A DNA stretch of 63,614 nucleotides, the filler included, from Collodictyon triciliatum (Eukaryota): the NCBI GenBank assembly GCA_043381765.1. It is 44 parts of 44 records of this genome, joined end to end, with 100 filler letters (N's around TTAATTAATTAA, not from the genome) between each part and the next. Parts side by side here need not be neighbours in the genome. Positions count along the whole stretch, not along the records: positions 60,829 to 62,171 come from JBHJMP010011369.1; positions 62,272 to 63,614 come from JBHJMP010011370.1; 42 more parts are not named here. One strand, written 5' to 3'. A model generated the notes under the pieces. It was not told where the DNA came from. It did no database searches and saw only the letters and a program-made list of their open reading frames with translations. Each line of letters starts with the position of its first letter. Position 1 is the stretch's first letter. Shown here piece by piece: positions 61,164-63,614 of the stretch. The translations under genes were made by a program, and so were the position numbers.

Positions 61164-62171
61164 ATGATGGATGCGAGAACGTTAAATAGGCTTTCTGTCA
61201 AGCAAATAGCTCTATGTTGTGTTTGCGTTTTTCTTTTTCTCAGTTATGTTACAGCACATACCGAAGTACAAGACCAAGAATCTGATCCAGAGCAGCTATA
61301 CAAGAAAAATGAACGGCTATGTAGAAACTCTGGAGAGGGTGATAGTAACGAAGAAGAGTCAAACTCTCTAGACTTCATGCGATTAGGGTTTGTCTTGGTC
61401 ATTAGCATAGGAATTATTACGTTCTTGCATCAATTCCATGTAACAGCTATTCCTGAAAGTGTCATAGTAATGATAATTGGTATGTATTTTTAATTTAAAA
61501 TTGTTTTAATTTCACTTCGATTTTTACAAAGACACATCACATACCTGGTTAACTTTATTTTAATTTTTTTTATTATTATTTACAATCTTAACATATTATT
61601 CTTATACCTCAAGGCATGGTTGTTGGCGGCTTTGCCCGACTGAGGAATAGAAACTCTGAAGCGCATTGGGAGGATGCATTTAGCTTTAGTCCTGATGTGT
61701 TCTTCTTCTTCCTGCTCCCACCGATAATCTTCGAGAGTGGATATAGTGTCCAAAACGTAATCATATTTAGCTATCAAACTCCAACAATACCACATATCCA
61801 TTATATTGACTTCGATTTATCTCGTTAGAGAACCTTCTTCCACAATTTTGGAGCTATAAGTGCATTTGCGGTCGTCGGTACAATAATATCAAATACTGTC
61901 GTTAGTGCTGGACTTTACATTCTTGGAAGCTCTGGGGTAAGAAATCAATACCCGACATAAAAGAATGAAATATGCTACTCTTTCCATGAAAAAAAAGGAG
62001 ATGTAGTGTTGCTCTATCTTACTCATCCCAACATAAACCAAGAATTTGAATTATTTTCTTTTATAAAATTGTAATGAATAGTCCATATTCGAGCTGGAAT
62101 GGGGAGAATGCCTTGTGTTTGGCGCCCTTATCTCAGCGGTAGACCCAGTCGCTACATTGGCGGTTTTCTCC
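61164..62171 (+). CDS. Na+/H+ exchanger (CPA1, NHE8/NHX-like); first four exons
   Basis: IPESVIVMIIG, FSPDVFFFFLLPPIIFESGYS, FFHNFGAISAFAVVGTIIS and CLVFGALISAVDPVATLAVF. Confidence 0.93.
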
Positions 62172-62271
62172 NNNNNNNNNNNNNNNNNNNNNNNNNNNNN
62201 NNNNNNNNNNNNNNNTTAATTAATTAANNNNNNNNNNNNNNNNNNNNNNNNNNNNNNNNNNNNNNNNNNNN

Positions 62272-63614
62272 CGAGCTTGACATCTCCAACAACCAGGTTT
62301 ATAACGACTTTAATATGAATGGAACACCTGTAATTGTTAATCCATTTTATTAGTAACATGATTGCAATTAAACCATCTTAAATAAATAAATAGATATCCA
62401 CACTACCAGCAAATATATCGAACTTGACGAATCTCACAAATATCAGTATCAGCAACAACAAGGTACGAATACTTGAGTTAACAAGAATATATAAACATAC
62501 ATCCCAGCCTATCATAAATGAGAATGTTTTGACAAATACTTGCACACCAAAGTTCGACGAATTGCCTGCAGCCATCTGCACATTGACACTCATCGCATCA
62601 CTCGATATATCCACCAACCAGGTAACTAAACCCCCTTTTTTTAACGAGACATTCCTATATTCATTAATGCAATTTTATCAGTAACATGATTGAAATTAAA
62701 CCCTCTTTATTAATTAATTAATAAATAAATAAATAGATATCCACACTGCCAGCAAACATATCGAACTTGACGAATCTCGCAAATATCAGCATCAGCAACA
62801 ACAAGGTACGAATACTTGAGTTAACAAGAATATATAAACATACATCCCAGCCTATCATAAATGAAATTTTTCTGACAAATACTTACACGCCAAAGTTCGA
62901 CGAATTGCCTGCAGCCATCTGCACATTGACACTCATCGCATCACTCAATATATCCACCAACCAGGTGACTAAATCATTTTCTTCTCCATTTAAAAAAAAA
63001 AAAGACATTCCCATACTTCATTAAAAAATTTTATCAGTAACATGATTGAAATTAAACCCTCTTTAATCAAAATAATAAATAAATAAATGTATAGATATCC
63101 ACACTGCCAGCAAACATATCGAACTTGACGAATCTCACAAATCTCAGCATCAGCAACAACAAGGTACGAATACTTTGTGCTCGATTATAGCCGAATAATT
63201 TAAGAGTTTGAATCATGCACAAAGCGGAAGGCCTTTGATTTGCTTGTGGATTCATGCACCAGCCGTCGATATTAAGGGAAACCCCCTCCCTTCAATTAAC
63301 AGATATCCGCATTGCCTGATTTGCGAGCATTGACAAAGCTCAAGAAGTTGGACACGAAGCAAAATGCTTTTCCATCGCACATCCAACAAATTTTAGACTC
63401 AATCAATCTCGCAAATAGCGATGGAATAAGTCTATATGGAAGAAATATCATAGATTTACCAAATGAACTGTTCATGCTGCCCATCAAACCCAACGAGCTT
63501 GACATCTCCAACAACCAGGTTTATAACGACTTTAATATGAATGGAACACCTGTAATTGTTAATCCATTTTATTAGTAACATGATTGCAATTAAACCATCT
63601 TAAATAAATAAATA
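62272..63614 (+). CDS. LRR protein built from single-LRR exons (62394-62462, 62553-62621, 62737-62805, 62896-62964, 63095-63163) plus a 216-nt exon (63303-63518)
   Basis: Five exons of exactly 69 nt, bounded by AG/GT and all phase 0, alternate ISTLPANISNLTNLTNISISNNK and FDELPAAICTLTLIASLDISTNQ. The introns are duplicated too. Confidence 0.85.

Noticed and set aside
62710-62721. TTAATTAATTAA inside the last contig as a hidden linker
   Set aside because: It has no flanking Ns and lies in an AT-rich intron whose sister copies have similar TAAA runs, so it is coincidental.

Overview
This window is not a contiguous locus. It is 44 unplaced eukaryotic contigs, sorted by length from 1354 down to 1343 nt and joined by identical artificial 100-nt linkers (N44-TTAATTAATTAA-N44), so adjacency across linkers means nothing. 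The source looks like a microbial eukaryote: short GT-AG introns, many microsatellites and poly(A/T) runs, and the standard genetic code. I cannot name the taxon, and mixed origin cannot be excluded. Recognisable host-gene fragments are a PKA catalytic subunit, a HECT E3 ligase, a Psd2-like C2/EF-hand protein, a RanBP9/10-like protein, a purple acid phosphatase, a P5 ATPase, an NHE8-like exchanger, an LRMDA-like protein, FAMT-BTB, BAR-like, GATA and C2H2 proteins, a Cys-rich surface protein and tRNA-Phe(GAA). There are many decayed non-LTR retrotransposon pieces (ORF1, AP endonuclease, RT, CCHC plus 3' tail), a Helitron-type PIF1 remnant and an intronless virus-fibre-like frame. The best candidate for an undescribed system is a family of cytosolic LRR-kinase genes (9002, 19149, and a more distant LRR paralogue at 45791). 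Their 69-nt LRR modules vary in number and have near-identical framework DNA, but the xxLxLxxN codons and a C-terminal cap loop are highly variable. A separate contig (62272-63614) carries a one-LRR-per-exon, phase-0 cassette array. All identifications come from manual translation and motif recognition; no database search was run.
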